NCBI GenBank assembly: GCA_024277355.1
Contig: JAJRVL010000004.1
Location: forward strand, 210,001-242,000
Direction of reading: 5' to 3'
Origin: an archaeon
GTDB taxonomy: Archaea; Iainarchaeota; Iainarchaeia; Iainarchaeales; 1-14-0-10-31-34
DNA: 32,000 nt
Below, one piece after another: positions 9,038 to 17,932 of this stretch (position 1 is its first letter; every line of letters starts with the position of its first letter). The notes beneath the pieces are model-generated. The model saw nothing but the letters and a program-made list of their open reading frames with translations, had not been told where the DNA came from and did no database searches. The position numbers and the translations under genes were made by a program.

Positions 9038-9760
9038 TTATTTTTTTCTCGCTAAACAAACAATGCTTGTTCCAAAAGGAAAATTTATTCCTTTTGAAAT
9101 TAAAAAGTTTTCAAATTTTAAAATATAATATAAAACTGAATTTAAGGGTTCAAATAATTCGTTTAAATCTGATTCTGCTTTTGAATGATTTTTATAAAAA
9201 AACTTTTTAAATAATTTAATTGAAACTGAAGGAAAAAACAAAAAGAAATTCCAGTAAGAAATTTTTTCAACTTTAAATCCATTTAATTCAAGCATGAATT
9301 TAATTTGGTTTTTGTTGTATCTTCTGAAATGATAAAGCAGTTTATCATGAGGCCCGAATAAAAATTGAAATGCAGGAACAGTTAAAAAAATAAATTTGTT
9401 TTCTTCAACTGACTTTGAAATTTGTTTTAATGCTTCTGAATCTTCTTCTAAATGTTCTAAGACATCCAATAATAAAACTAAATCGTATTTTTTTACAAAA
9501 TAAAAATTTTCAATTGCTGAATGCTTTAATTCAATTCCTTTTCTTTGAGCAAATTTAACTGCGTTTTTACTTGAATCTAATCCTTCAACTGAAAAACCTT
9601 TTTCTTTCAGCATTTCAAGCGTTCTTCCTGTTCCTGCGCCAATTTCAAAAACAGTTTTGATTTTTTCAGGCATAATTTTAAGCAAAAGATTTCTTCTTGC
9701 TTTAAGCCACCAGTTTGAATCATCTAAATTATGTAATTTTTCTATTTCTTTTTGTTTCAT
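9038..9760 (-). CDS. class I SAM-dependent methyltransferase
   Basis: 240 aa. SAM motif I 'VFEIGAGTGRT' and 'LLLDVLEHL' (Methyltransf_11/23-like). Confidence 0.8.
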   Translation of the reverse strand: MKQKEIEKLHNLDDSNWWLKARRNLLLKIMPEKIKTVFEIGAGTGRTLEMLKEKGFSVEGLDSSKNAVKFAQRKGIELKHSAIENFYFVKKYDLVLLLDVLEHLEEDSEALKQISKSVEENKFIFLTVPAFQFLFGPHDKLLYHFRRYNKNQIKFMLELNGFKVEKISYWNFFLFFPSVSIKLFKKFFYKNHSKAESDLNELFEPLNSVLYYILKFENFLISKGINFPFGTSIVCLARKK

Positions 9761-9836
9761 TTATTTCACTTTTTAGCAGTATTCCATAATAAATTAAAAT
9801 AACTGACTGATGAAACAAGTTTTGTCAAAGAATTAT

Positions 9837-10958
9837 TTATATTAATGCACCCCATGAATGTTCTGCATTGCCTATTCCTATTCCTAAATCTTTTATAGTT
9901 ACTAATTGATTTCCCTGCTTGTCTTGTAAACTAAACTGAATTATTTTAGCAGGATATTCATTGTATTTTAAACGCATTCTAATTAACCCTAAAAACTTTT
10001 TCTCAAATTTCCAGAAAGCATCAGCATAACAATCAACTGTAAACAAAAGTTTGAAGTCTTTATTTTCTGCACTAACTTTAAATACAGGCTGATTTTGTTT
10101 GTTTGTTTCTTTTTTAATTTTAATTTTTTCAAAATCATAACGTTTCATTGTCTTTTTATCAAAAAAATAAGCTGTTTGTTTTACTGAAATATTTCCTTTA
10201 GACAAAAGTTTTTTTGTTAAATTATCTTTTAGTACTGCTGTCCCAATATGAGGATTAAAATAAGATAAAATACTTCCCTTATTGAAATGGAAAATTCCCC
10301 AATACCACGGAGAAACCGGTGCATTAACAATTACTTTCTGAAAATATGCAGTTCCATTAATATTTTGTTTTTTTTCCTTATTTTTAATTGCCCCAGTAAA
10401 AGACAGCCTTGGAATTCTAAGAACTTCGTGCCCAAAAGCACCTCTAAAATAAGAACTTTTTTTTATAATTGGAGCAACAAATTTATTGTTGTCTTCAAGC
10501 TTTAAATTAAAAACAAATTTATTATCCTCTTTATTAATTTTAACTATAAACTTGTCTTTTTCTTCATAAAAAGATGTTTTGTTTTTTGAATTAGAAATCA
10601 AAGATGCAGGTTTTTTAGTTAAAGTTATTTCTCCTTGTTCTAAAATAAAATTTTCATGCATTTTTTTCCCGTCAAAAAACCAGGCAGCTGCAGTCCCATC
10701 AAAAAAACTTTTGTTTTTATGAACATTTATTTCAGTATTTATTTTTAATAATCTGTCATTACAATTAATTTCTTTTTCATTTTTTGTTGACCATAAAATC
10801 ATTAATTGCTGCGGTAAACCCTTATTGTTTTTATTTTCAATGAAAAATACCCAGAACCACCACCACCAGGTTCCTGCCCGTTTATCCTTTAAATCAATTT
10901 CCCAGATTTTTTCAGTTATTTTTTTTTCCTTGGATTTTTTTACATTATTTTCATTCAA
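9837..10958 (-). CDS. hypothetical Trp-rich protein (possible CrtC/AttH-like beta-barrel superfamily, weak)
   Basis: 373 aa. 'AGTWWWWFWVFF' near the N-terminus and a C-terminal 'GNAEHSWG' are vaguely like the EWWY / DH.WG motifs of hydroxyneurosporene-synthase-like proteins. I could not confirm this by eye. Confidence 0.5.
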   Translation of the reverse strand: MNENNVKKSKEKKITEKIWEIDLKDKRAGTWWWWFWVFFIENKNNKGLPQQLMILWSTKNEKEINCNDRLLKINTEINVHKNKSFFDGTAAAWFFDGKKMHENFILEQGEITLTKKPASLISNSKNKTSFYEEKDKFIVKINKEDNKFVFNLKLEDNNKFVAPIIKKSSYFRGAFGHEVLRIPRLSFTGAIKNKEKKQNINGTAYFQKVIVNAPVSPWYWGIFHFNKGSILSYFNPHIGTAVLKDNLTKKLLSKGNISVKQTAYFFDKKTMKRYDFEKIKIKKETNKQNQPVFKVSAENKDFKLLFTVDCYADAFWKFEKKFLGLIRMRLKYNEYPAKIIQFSLQDKQGNQLVTIKDLGIGIGNAEHSWGALI

Positions 10959-11140
10959 TTAAAATCAACTTCCTTAAACTTGCACTCAAAATATAATATT
11001 AAATAAATTTATAATCTAATTTGTAAAACAACAGTAATTAAATCAAAAATAAATAATTAAATTAATTCATGAATTAATTATCTTTGTCCGCGAGTTTTTT
11101 ATAATTAAGCATATAAACCAGTAATGAATAATATTATTCT

Positions 11141-12175
11141 ATGGTAGAAATAAAAAGAGAAGGAATTATTCTTGAACCCACTAAATTAAGATTTGAAAAT
11201 AAAGGTGTATTTAATCCAGCGTGCATTAGAAAAGGAAAATATGTCCATATGTTTTACCGTGCATGGAATAAAGAAAACCGTTCAACTATAGGTTACTGTA
11301 AACTTGACGGTCCTTTAAAAGTTGTAGAAAGACTGGAAAAACCTTTAATGTTTCAGGAACAAGATTATGAATATAATCTGGAAGACCCAAGAATTGTTTT
11401 TCTTGAAGGAAAATATTATTTAAGTTATATTGCTTATGACGGCAAAAACGTACATATATCTTATGCTACAGGAAAAGATATTAAAAAATTAGAAAAAAAA
11501 GGAGTAATTTCTCCTCAAATAACATATCATGAAACAGCAGATATATTGAGAAAGTGCAGTTCTAATAAACTAAAAGATAGATATTTTCTTTTTGAATCTC
11601 ATTTTAATGATGCAGTTGGCGAAGACGCATTATTATGGGATAAGGATGCTTTCTTTTTTCCAAAAAAAATTAATGGAAAGTTTGCTTTAGTTCACAGAAT
11701 TCTTCCAGACATACAGGTAATTTATTTTAATGATTTTAAAGACCTTACATTAAATTTCTGGAAAAAACATTTTGAAAGGTTATATGATTTTACAATTCTT
11801 GAATCAAGATATTGGTATGAAAACAGAAATATTGGAGGAGGCTGTCCTCCAATAGAAACCGACAAAGGCTGGCTCTTGATTTATCATGCAGTAGATGATA
11901 TGAATCAGGGCAGAATATACAGAGCAGGAGTAGCTTTGCTGGATAAAACAAATCCTACAAAAGTAATAAGCCATTTAAGAGAACCGCTTTTTTCTCCAAA
12001 AGAAAAATGGGAAAAAAAAGGAAATATAGATAATGTTGTATTTCCTACTGGAACAGCAATATTTGATGACAGGCTTTTTATTTATTACGGCGCAGCAGAT
12101 GAAAGAATTGGCGCAGTTTCTCTTGACCTTAAAGAACTTTTAAATGAATTGTTAGCTAATAAAAATAACTTATAA
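11141..12175 (+). CDS. GH130-family glycoside phosphorylase/hydrolase (DUF377, 'PH1107-related glycosidase')
   Basis: 344 aa. 'GVFNPACIRKGKYVHMFYRA', 'EDPRIVFLEGKYYLSYIAYDG', 'WDKDAFFFP', 'GWLLIYHAV', 'IYYGAADERIG' fit a five-bladed beta-propeller GH130 pattern. Confidence 0.8.
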   Translation: MVEIKREGIILEPTKLRFENKGVFNPACIRKGKYVHMFYRAWNKENRSTIGYCKLDGPLKVVERLEKPLMFQEQDYEYNLEDPRIVFLEGKYYLSYIAYDGKNVHISYATGKDIKKLEKKGVISPQITYHETADILRKCSSNKLKDRYFLFESHFNDAVGEDALLWDKDAFFFPKKINGKFALVHRILPDIQVIYFNDFKDLTLNFWKKHFERLYDFTILESRYWYENRNIGGGCPPIETDKGWLLIYHAVDDMNQGRIYRAGVALLDKTNPTKVISHLREPLFSPKEKWEKKGNIDNVVFPTGTAIFDDRLFIYYGAADERIGAVSLDLKELLNELLANKNNL

Positions 12176-12255
12176 TTCTATAACATAATCTAATCAAAAA
12201 AAAACATGAATTTGAATTTAATCTCTTTAACTATTTTTTGAGTTAATTTTATGTA

Positions 12256-13437
12256 ATGGAAAAAAGAACAGACAGCAAAAAATCATGTTGGATACTGCAT
12301 ATGGGAACATTTCCTCCCAGAGAATGCGGCATAGCTACATTTACAAGAGATTTAACAAATGCAATGGATAAAAAATTCTCTCCTTTAATTAAATCAAAAA
12401 TACTTGCAATGAATGATAACTCTATTAACACTTATAATTACCCTAAAAATGTCTTGTTAAATTTAAATGAAGATAGTATTCAGGAATACATTGACACAGC
12501 AAAAAAAATCAATAAAATAGATGCAGTCAAACTAATTAGTATTCAGCATGAATTTGGTATTTTTGGAGGAGACTACGGAAGCCATTTAACTTCTTTTCTT
12601 AACGAAATAAACAAGCCTGTAATAATTACATTTCATTCTGTTTTACCAAAACCAAATAATCAACTAAAAAAAGTTGTTCAAAATTTAGCAGAAAAATCTG
12701 TGTGTTTTATTGTAATGACAAAAAACGCTGTTGAAATTCTCAGAAAAGATTATGAAATAAATAATCCTATTAAAGTTATTCCTCATGGAATACCAACTGT
12801 TTCATTTGGTTCAAACAAAAAAGAAAAAGAAAAAATCGGTTATAAAAATAACACTATTCTTTTAACTTTTGGAATGCTTGGCGCAGGCAAAGGCTGCGAA
12901 AATGTTATTGAGGCTTTACCTAAACTTGTAAAAAAATTCCCTAATCTTTTGTATTTAATTGTAGGAGAAACACACCCTATTGTAAGAATAAACGAAGGCG
13001 AAAAATACAGGAATTTTCTTAAAAATAAAGTAAAAGAATTAAACCTGCAAAAAAACGTAAAGTTTTACAATAAATATGTTAAGTTAAGTGAAATAATAAA
13101 ATACCTAAAGGCAGCTGATATTTATGTTTGCTCAAACACTGATCCAAATCAAGCAGTAAGCGGAACTTTAGCTTATGCAATGGGCTGCGGCAGAGCAGTT
13201 ATTTCCACTCCGTTTATACACGCAAAAGAAGCAGTTAATCCAAAAACAGGAATTTTAGTTGAATTTAATAATTCCCAGTCATTTGCAGATGCAATCCTAA
13301 AACTATTGTCAAATCCTGATTTAAAAGAAAAAATGAATAAAAATGCATATTTAAATACAAGGCATATGACTTGGCCTAATGTTGTAGAATCTTATATGGA
13401 GGTGTTTAACAAATATGCTGGGCTACATAAAATATGA
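12256..13437 (+). CDS. GT4-family glycosyltransferase (group 1)
   Basis: 393 aa. 'HMGTFPPRECGIATFTRDL' N-terminus and the GT-B C-terminal region 'LLYLIVGETHP', 'ADIYVCSNTDPNQAVSGTLAYAMGCGRAVISTP'. Confidence 0.85.
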   Translation: MEKRTDSKKSCWILHMGTFPPRECGIATFTRDLTNAMDKKFSPLIKSKILAMNDNSINTYNYPKNVLLNLNEDSIQEYIDTAKKINKIDAVKLISIQHEFGIFGGDYGSHLTSFLNEINKPVIITFHSVLPKPNNQLKKVVQNLAEKSVCFIVMTKNAVEILRKDYEINNPIKVIPHGIPTVSFGSNKKEKEKIGYKNNTILLTFGMLGAGKGCENVIEALPKLVKKFPNLLYLIVGETHPIVRINEGEKYRNFLKNKVKELNLQKNVKFYNKYVKLSEIIKYLKAADIYVCSNTDPNQAVSGTLAYAMGCGRAVISTPFIHAKEAVNPKTGILVEFNNSQSFADAILKLLSNPDLKEKMNKNAYLNTRHMTWPNVVESYMEVFNKYAGLHKI

Positions 13438-14497
13438 AAAAACATTTCCTGAAATTAAACTAAGCCATCTAATGACACTTACAGATGATTTTGGAGTTAT
13501 CCAGTTTGCAAAAAATATAAATCCTGATACAGATTCAGGATATTCTTTAGATGACAATGCAAGAGCAATCATAGTCTGCTGTATGCATTCAACTATTTTT
13601 AAAAATAACCCTGAAATAAACCTGCTGAAAACATATATTGATTTTATTAAACATGTCCAGCAGCCTGATGGAAAATTATATAATTTTGTTGATTACAATA
13701 AAAAAGTAAATTTAGAACAATGGTCTGAAGATGCTCATGGAAGAGCAATCTGGTCTCTTGGATTTTTGATTTTTAGTAAAGGAGTTTCTCAGGAATTAAA
13801 AAATCAAGCTGAACAAATATTATGCAAAACATTTAATTTAATGAAAAACATTAAGTCTCCTCGAGCAGTTGCATTTATAATTTTAGGATTATATTTTTAC
13901 AATAAAGCAAAACCTTGTCCTGAAAATATTTCCAAAATCCGTGAATCAGCTGACCATTTAATTTCATTGTATAATGATAATTCTTCTGATGATTGGAATT
14001 GGTTTGAAAGTTATCTTACATATTCCAACAGCAAACTGCCTGAATCACTTTTCTATTCTTATCTTATTACTAAAAACAAAAAATATTTAGAGATTGCAGA
14101 ATCATCACTTGATTTTTTGATTTCTATTACTTTTAAAAATGAAGTGTTTTCTCCTGTTGGAAGCAATGGATGGTATCAAAAAAACAACCAAAAATCAAGT
14201 TTTGCCCAGCAACCAGTAGACACCGCTTCAATGGTTCAGACACTTGTTTTAGCTTATGACATAACAAAAAAAGAGAGTTACTTAAAAAATGCAATTAATG
14301 CATTTCAATGGTTTCTGGGAAAAAACGTTTTAAATCAGGCAGTCTATAATGAATCAAATGGAGGGTGCCATGACGGAATTGAAGAAATTTCAGTTAATAT
14401 AAACCAAGGAGCTGAATCAACAATTTCTTATTTAATGGCAAGATTGTCATTAAATTTATTTTTAAGGGAATCAAATAATTCTTCCATGTTTTCCTGA
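13415..14497 (+). CDS. hypothetical protein, possibly a six-hairpin (alpha/alpha)6 glycosidase-like fold
   Basis: 360 aa. Overlaps the GT4 stop by 23 nt (operon). 'YSLDDNARAIIVC', 'EDAHGRAIWSLG' and 'YSNSKLPESL' are repeated helical-hairpin-like motifs. The fold call is inference only. Confidence 0.55.
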   Translation: MLGYIKYEKTFPEIKLSHLMTLTDDFGVIQFAKNINPDTDSGYSLDDNARAIIVCCMHSTIFKNNPEINLLKTYIDFIKHVQQPDGKLYNFVDYNKKVNLEQWSEDAHGRAIWSLGFLIFSKGVSQELKNQAEQILCKTFNLMKNIKSPRAVAFIILGLYFYNKAKPCPENISKIRESADHLISLYNDNSSDDWNWFESYLTYSNSKLPESLFYSYLITKNKKYLEIAESSLDFLISITFKNEVFSPVGSNGWYQKNNQKSSFAQQPVDTASMVQTLVLAYDITKKESYLKNAINAFQWFLGKNVLNQAVYNESNGGCHDGIEEISVNINQGAESTISYLMARLSLNLFLRESNNSSMFS

Positions 14498-15072
14498 ATA
14501 CGTCTGCATAATTGTTTTTCTAAGGGAAGCTGCCAGTTTACTGTGTATTTTCTCCAGTTAGAAGCTTTTAATTTTTGTGAATGGGCTCCAAAAAAAACAA
14601 AAATCTCGCTGTCATTTACATAGCCTGTTTTATTTGAAATTATTAAATGAGGTGTTTCATTCAAATATTTTTTACTGCACGCCATATAAGCAAGCAATGA
14701 ATGATGCCCGTCAAACAAAACCCATTTTTTATTTTTAGTTTTAACTAATTTTATGTTAGGCAGACATGAATCAGAATAAATGTCTTTTCCTGATTTTATC
14801 TGGTTAATCATAGATGTTATCTGAGGAATGCTTTTGATTCCTGTGTCATTGTGCAGGTTTATAATTTCTTTTAACAGCACCTGCTCTTCATTAAATTTTT
14901 TTTGGTTAATTGTTTTTTTTGTTTTTAGAAATATTTCTTTTCTAAAAAAATCAACGGTCTCATAAATAGTCATATTTTTTTTTGTAAAAGGAATTTTATA
15001 TACAAAAACAGTCGCAGAATTTCCCTGAATTGAATTTTGCGGCTGAATTAATTTTACAAACCTATAATCCAT
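14428..15072 (-). CDS. hypothetical protein with a ParB/sulfiredoxin-like 'DGHH' motif
   Basis: 214 aa. '..IKSGKDIYSDSCLPNIKLVKTKNKKWVLFDGHHSLLAYM' resembles the ParB N-terminal nuclease-like domain (DGHHR motif with R replaced by S). Its 3' end overlaps the convergent gene by 70 nt. Confidence 0.5.
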   Translation of the reverse strand: MDYRFVKLIQPQNSIQGNSATVFVYKIPFTKKNMTIYETVDFFRKEIFLKTKKTINQKKFNEEQVLLKEIINLHNDTGIKSIPQITSMINQIKSGKDIYSDSCLPNIKLVKTKNKKWVLFDGHHSLLAYMACSKKYLNETPHLIISNKTGYVNDSEIFVFFGAHSQKLKASNWRKYTVNWQLPLEKQLCRRIQENMEELFDSLKNKFNDNLAIK

Positions 15073-15192
15073 AAATATTAAAAAACATGAATTGACTATA
15101 AATATATTCTCTTAACACCTGCAATAAATAATAAAACTTAAATTAATACTTATTATGAGTTTTAATAAATTTATTCTGCTACTATAAACACT

Positions 15193-15210
15193 GTTTCACA
15201 GTTGAGCAAC
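15193..15210 (+). promoter_or_regulatory. 18-nt imperfect dyad 'GTTTCACAGTTGAGCAAC' just after a TATAAA box, upstream of the CBS gene
   Basis: It matches 17464-17481 at 15 of 18 positions. Both copies follow 'tataaa' by 2-4 nt and precede a similar 'aaaag.atttta' tail. Confidence 0.35.
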
Positions 15211-15258
15211 TAAGAAAACATTTAAAAGATTTTACTTTCTTTTAGAGTAGGTGGTTAA

Positions 15259-15690
15259 GTGAAAGTTAAAGATGTTTATGAAAGAAATTCTGGTTTTGTA
15301 GACAAGGTTTTAGAATCTGATAATCTTGAAAAAGTCATTGAAGTAATGTCATCCAATAAATCCACCCGAACAGTTTTTGTAATTGACAAAACAATGAATT
15401 TACTTGGAGTAATAACCATTCGTGAAATTTTTGGGCAAATATTTAATAAAATGAAACCAAGAATATTAAAAATATTTAATAAAAAAAAGGATTTAAAAGC
15501 AAGAGATATAATGAAAGTAGTAATATCTGTTTCATTAGATGATGATTTAGATAATGCTTTTCGTGCAGCCATTGTATCTAATCTACAGGATCTTCCTGTT
15601 TGTGAAAAAGGAAAAATTGTTGGAGAACTTGACTGTTTTGAACTTTTAGAAGGTTTGATTGCAGAAAACAAGAATTACTTCAAAGAATAA
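15259..15690 (+). CDS. CBS-domain pair protein
   Basis: 143 aa. GTG start with an 'aggtgg' SD at 15249-15254. Two CBS-like repeats ('VFVIDKTMNLLGVITIREI', 'LPVCEKGKIVGELDCFELL'). Confidence 0.8.
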   Translation: MKVKDVYERNSGFVDKVLESDNLEKVIEVMSSNKSTRTVFVIDKTMNLLGVITIREIFGQIFNKMKPRILKIFNKKKDLKARDIMKVVISVSLDDDLDNAFRAAIVSNLQDLPVCEKGKIVGELDCFELLEGLIAENKNYFKE

Positions 15691-15692
15691 TT

Positions 15693-17366
15693 TTATTCAT
15701 AATTAAATTCTGTTTTCTTTAACTGATTTAACTCAAATTCTTTTCCTTTATTGATATCCTGCAGAATAGTTTTCACTTTGTCAGCTGTAATAATAGAGGG
15801 AACCAAAACAAACTCTATTCCTGCAGCAAAAAGCTTTTTTGCAGTGTGCCCGTCATGCGCTAAAACAATAAGTTTTGCAGTCATTTTTTTTTGCTGTAAT
15901 TTTTTTGCCAGAATAATATTTGAATCAACACCCATTATAGTTGAAACAACGATTTTTGGTTTTACTTTCAGAATAAAATCAATTGTCTCTAAATCAGATA
16001 CATCTCCGTAAAGCGTATGAAAATTTAATTTACCTGCTTCTTTTAATGCTCTTGGATCAAAATCAACAACTAAAACATTTTTTTCATTTATTTTTCCCCC
16101 AAGAAAAATTCTTTTCCCTGTTTCTCCAAAACCAAGGCAAACAAAAGAATAATTTTTATCTTCAGACATATGCAGTGAATCCTCGAAAAATCTTTTGCTA
16201 TGCAAAAAAGGAAGAAACCCGGATAAAGTATTGTAAATTCTGTTATTATAAATAATAAAATAAGTTGAAACACTGATTGTTGCAACTGCAACTAAAGTAA
16301 TCATTGAAACAATTTCATTTGAAACATGTCCTGTTTTTTGCCCCAAAAAAATAAGTATTAAAGAAAACTCGCTTATTTGTGCAACAGTCAAACTTGAAAG
16401 AAAACTTGTTCTTCCCTTATAGCCTAACTTAGCCATTAAAATAAAAACAATTATTGGATTCCCTACAAGCACAAAAACTGAAAATATTATTGCAGGAATT
16501 AAAATTATATCAGAAGCAGCAAACACCAAACTTGAACCCAAAACAACAAAAAATAATACAATGAAAAAATCCCTTAAATATTTTAGTTTTCCTAATATGT
16601 TATAAGTGTAAGGAAGAGATGCAATTGAAACTCCTGCAAGAAAAGCTCCTATTTCTTTAGAAAAACCAAGAAAAATGGCAGCTGCAGAAAAAGCAAAACA
16701 CCATGAAATTGCTCCAAGAAAAAGCAGTTCCTGATTATTAGAAAGCGAATCAAATATTCTTTTAACTAAAAACTTTGAAGCAATAAAAAACAATAAAAAC
16801 AATACAATCAAACTAAAAATAAACTGGGAAAGCTGGCTGGTTAAATCAGATGAAAAAGAAAAAGAAGAAATTAAAACAAGAACAATAATTGCAACAAAAT
16901 CCTGTACAAGCAAAAAACCAATAGAAATTTTTCCATACAATGAATTCAGTTCTTTTTTGTCAGATAATAGTTTTACAATAATAATTGTACTGCTAAAAGT
17001 TAATGCAATTGCTATATACAATGACTCTAAAAAACTAAAACCCAAAAAAGATGCAATTCCAAACCCGACAAGAGTAGTAAAAACAATCTGCCCTATTCCA
17101 GTTATAACTGATGTTTTTCCTATTTCCTTAAAAATTCTTAAATCAAGATTCATTCCCACAAGAAATAAAAGAAAAGCAATTCCAAGTTCCGAAAAAACAT
17201 CCAGCAATTCTTTATAAGTAATTACATTTAAAAAAGAAGAACCTAAAATAATTCCTGCAAAAATAAAAGCAAGCAAAATAGGCTGTTTTAGTTTTCTGAA
17301 TAAAAAACCAAGCAAAGTAGCAGATATAATTACTGCTGCAAGCTCTAAAAAGAAATCCTGAATCAT
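15693..17366 (-). CDS. CPA2 cation:proton antiporter with a C-terminal RCK/TrkA-N domain (KefB/KefC-like)
   Basis: 557 aa with ~12 TM segments, then a Rossmann 'VCLGFGETGKRI' and 'HTLYGDVSD'. An 'aaggag' SD lies 8 nt upstream of the ATG. Confidence 0.9.
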   Translation of the reverse strand: MIQDFFLELAAVIISATLLGFLFRKLKQPILLAFIFAGIILGSSFLNVITYKELLDVFSELGIAFLLFLVGMNLDLRIFKEIGKTSVITGIGQIVFTTLVGFGIASFLGFSFLESLYIAIALTFSSTIIIVKLLSDKKELNSLYGKISIGFLLVQDFVAIIVLVLISSFSFSSDLTSQLSQFIFSLIVLFLLFFIASKFLVKRIFDSLSNNQELLFLGAISWCFAFSAAAIFLGFSKEIGAFLAGVSIASLPYTYNILGKLKYLRDFFIVLFFVVLGSSLVFAASDIILIPAIIFSVFVLVGNPIIVFILMAKLGYKGRTSFLSSLTVAQISEFSLILIFLGQKTGHVSNEIVSMITLVAVATISVSTYFIIYNNRIYNTLSGFLPFLHSKRFFEDSLHMSEDKNYSFVCLGFGETGKRIFLGGKINEKNVLVVDFDPRALKEAGKLNFHTLYGDVSDLETIDFILKVKPKIVVSTIMGVDSNIILAKKLQQKKMTAKLIVLAHDGHTAKKLFAAGIEFVLVPSIITADKVKTILQDINKGKEFELNQLKKTEFNYE

Positions 17367-17463
17367 AAATTAAAACTCCTTTTTATGTTAACAGTATATT
17401 TCATTTTTCTAACCAACCTGGCCGGCATTTTACATAACAATATATTAATAACACATATAAATA

Positions 17464-17481
17464 GTTTCGCAGTTGTGCAAG
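17464..17481 (+). promoter_or_regulatory. second copy of the 18-nt dyad ('GTTTCGCAGTTGTGCAAG') next to a TATAAA box, between the ArsR-like and KefB-like genes
   Basis: See 15193-15210. It lies ~100 nt upstream of the KefB-like ATG (17366, minus strand) and downstream of the T8 tract that follows the ArsR-like stop. Confidence 0.35.
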
Positions 17482-17516
17482 TATGGAATCAAAAAAAAGT
17501 GATTTTAATAATATTC

Positions 17517-17876
17517 TCAAATGTGTTTTGTTACTTTATCATAGACTTTAAAAAATTGTTTTAATTCTTTTATTTTAAGAAAATAGAATTTTTCAGGGGG
17601 CTTGTATTCACAGTCAATAAGCCTTAAATCATACAGCATTTTTAAATGTCTTGAAGCAAGCGACTCACTTAAATTAAGTTTTTCGGCGATTTCATGCACT
17701 GAAACCTTTTTATTTCTGCAAAGAATCTTCAGAATATTTCTTCTGGATCTTGCTCTAATAGCCCTTGCAAGTTTTTCATCAGACATTATTAACCAAAAAA
17801 AATAGCACCGATATTCTTTAAAGTCTTTAATAATTTTAATGTTCTTTTGACTGCTTAATTTACTTAATTTGTTCAT
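17517..17876 (-). CDS. ArsR/SmtB-type winged-helix transcriptional regulator
   Basis: 'SRRNILKILCRNKKVSVHEIAEKLNLSESLASRHLKMLYDLRLI' is a typical ArsR HTH. The first 30 aa look non-native, so the real start may be the ATG at 17786 (90 aa). Confidence 0.75.
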   Translation of the reverse strand: MNKLSKLSSQKNIKIIKDFKEYRCYFFWLIMSDEKLARAIRARSRRNILKILCRNKKVSVHEIAEKLNLSESLASRHLKMLYDLRLIDCEYKPPEKFYFLKIKELKQFFKVYDKVTKHI

Positions 17877-17880
17877 TAAG

Positions 17881-17894
17881 AATACTTAAGTATT
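17881..17894. promoter_or_regulatory. perfect 14-bp palindrome AATACTTAAGTATT in the ArsR-like/antiporter divergent region (candidate operator)
   Basis: The rc of 'aatactt' is 'aagtatt'. It sits between the divergent starts 17876 (-) and 17933 (+). Confidence 0.35.
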
Positions 17895-17932
17895 TATTTG
17901 TTGTATTAATTAACAGGGTTTTAGGTGAATTA

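Noticed and set aside
9807-9813. 'CTGATGA' in the 9761-9836 intergenic region as a C box or hammerhead core
   Set aside because: There is no D box (CTGA) downstream, no terminal stem, and no GAAA or helix arrangement for a hammerhead.
17787-17876. N-terminal 30 aa of the ArsR-like ORF as genuine coding sequence
   Set aside because: 'MNKLSKLSSQKNIKIIKDFKEYRCYFFWLI' does not resemble ArsR N-termini, and the HTH protein from Met31 (17786) has a typical length (~90 aa). I kept the track coordinates in the feature list because I cannot decide the start from sequence alone.
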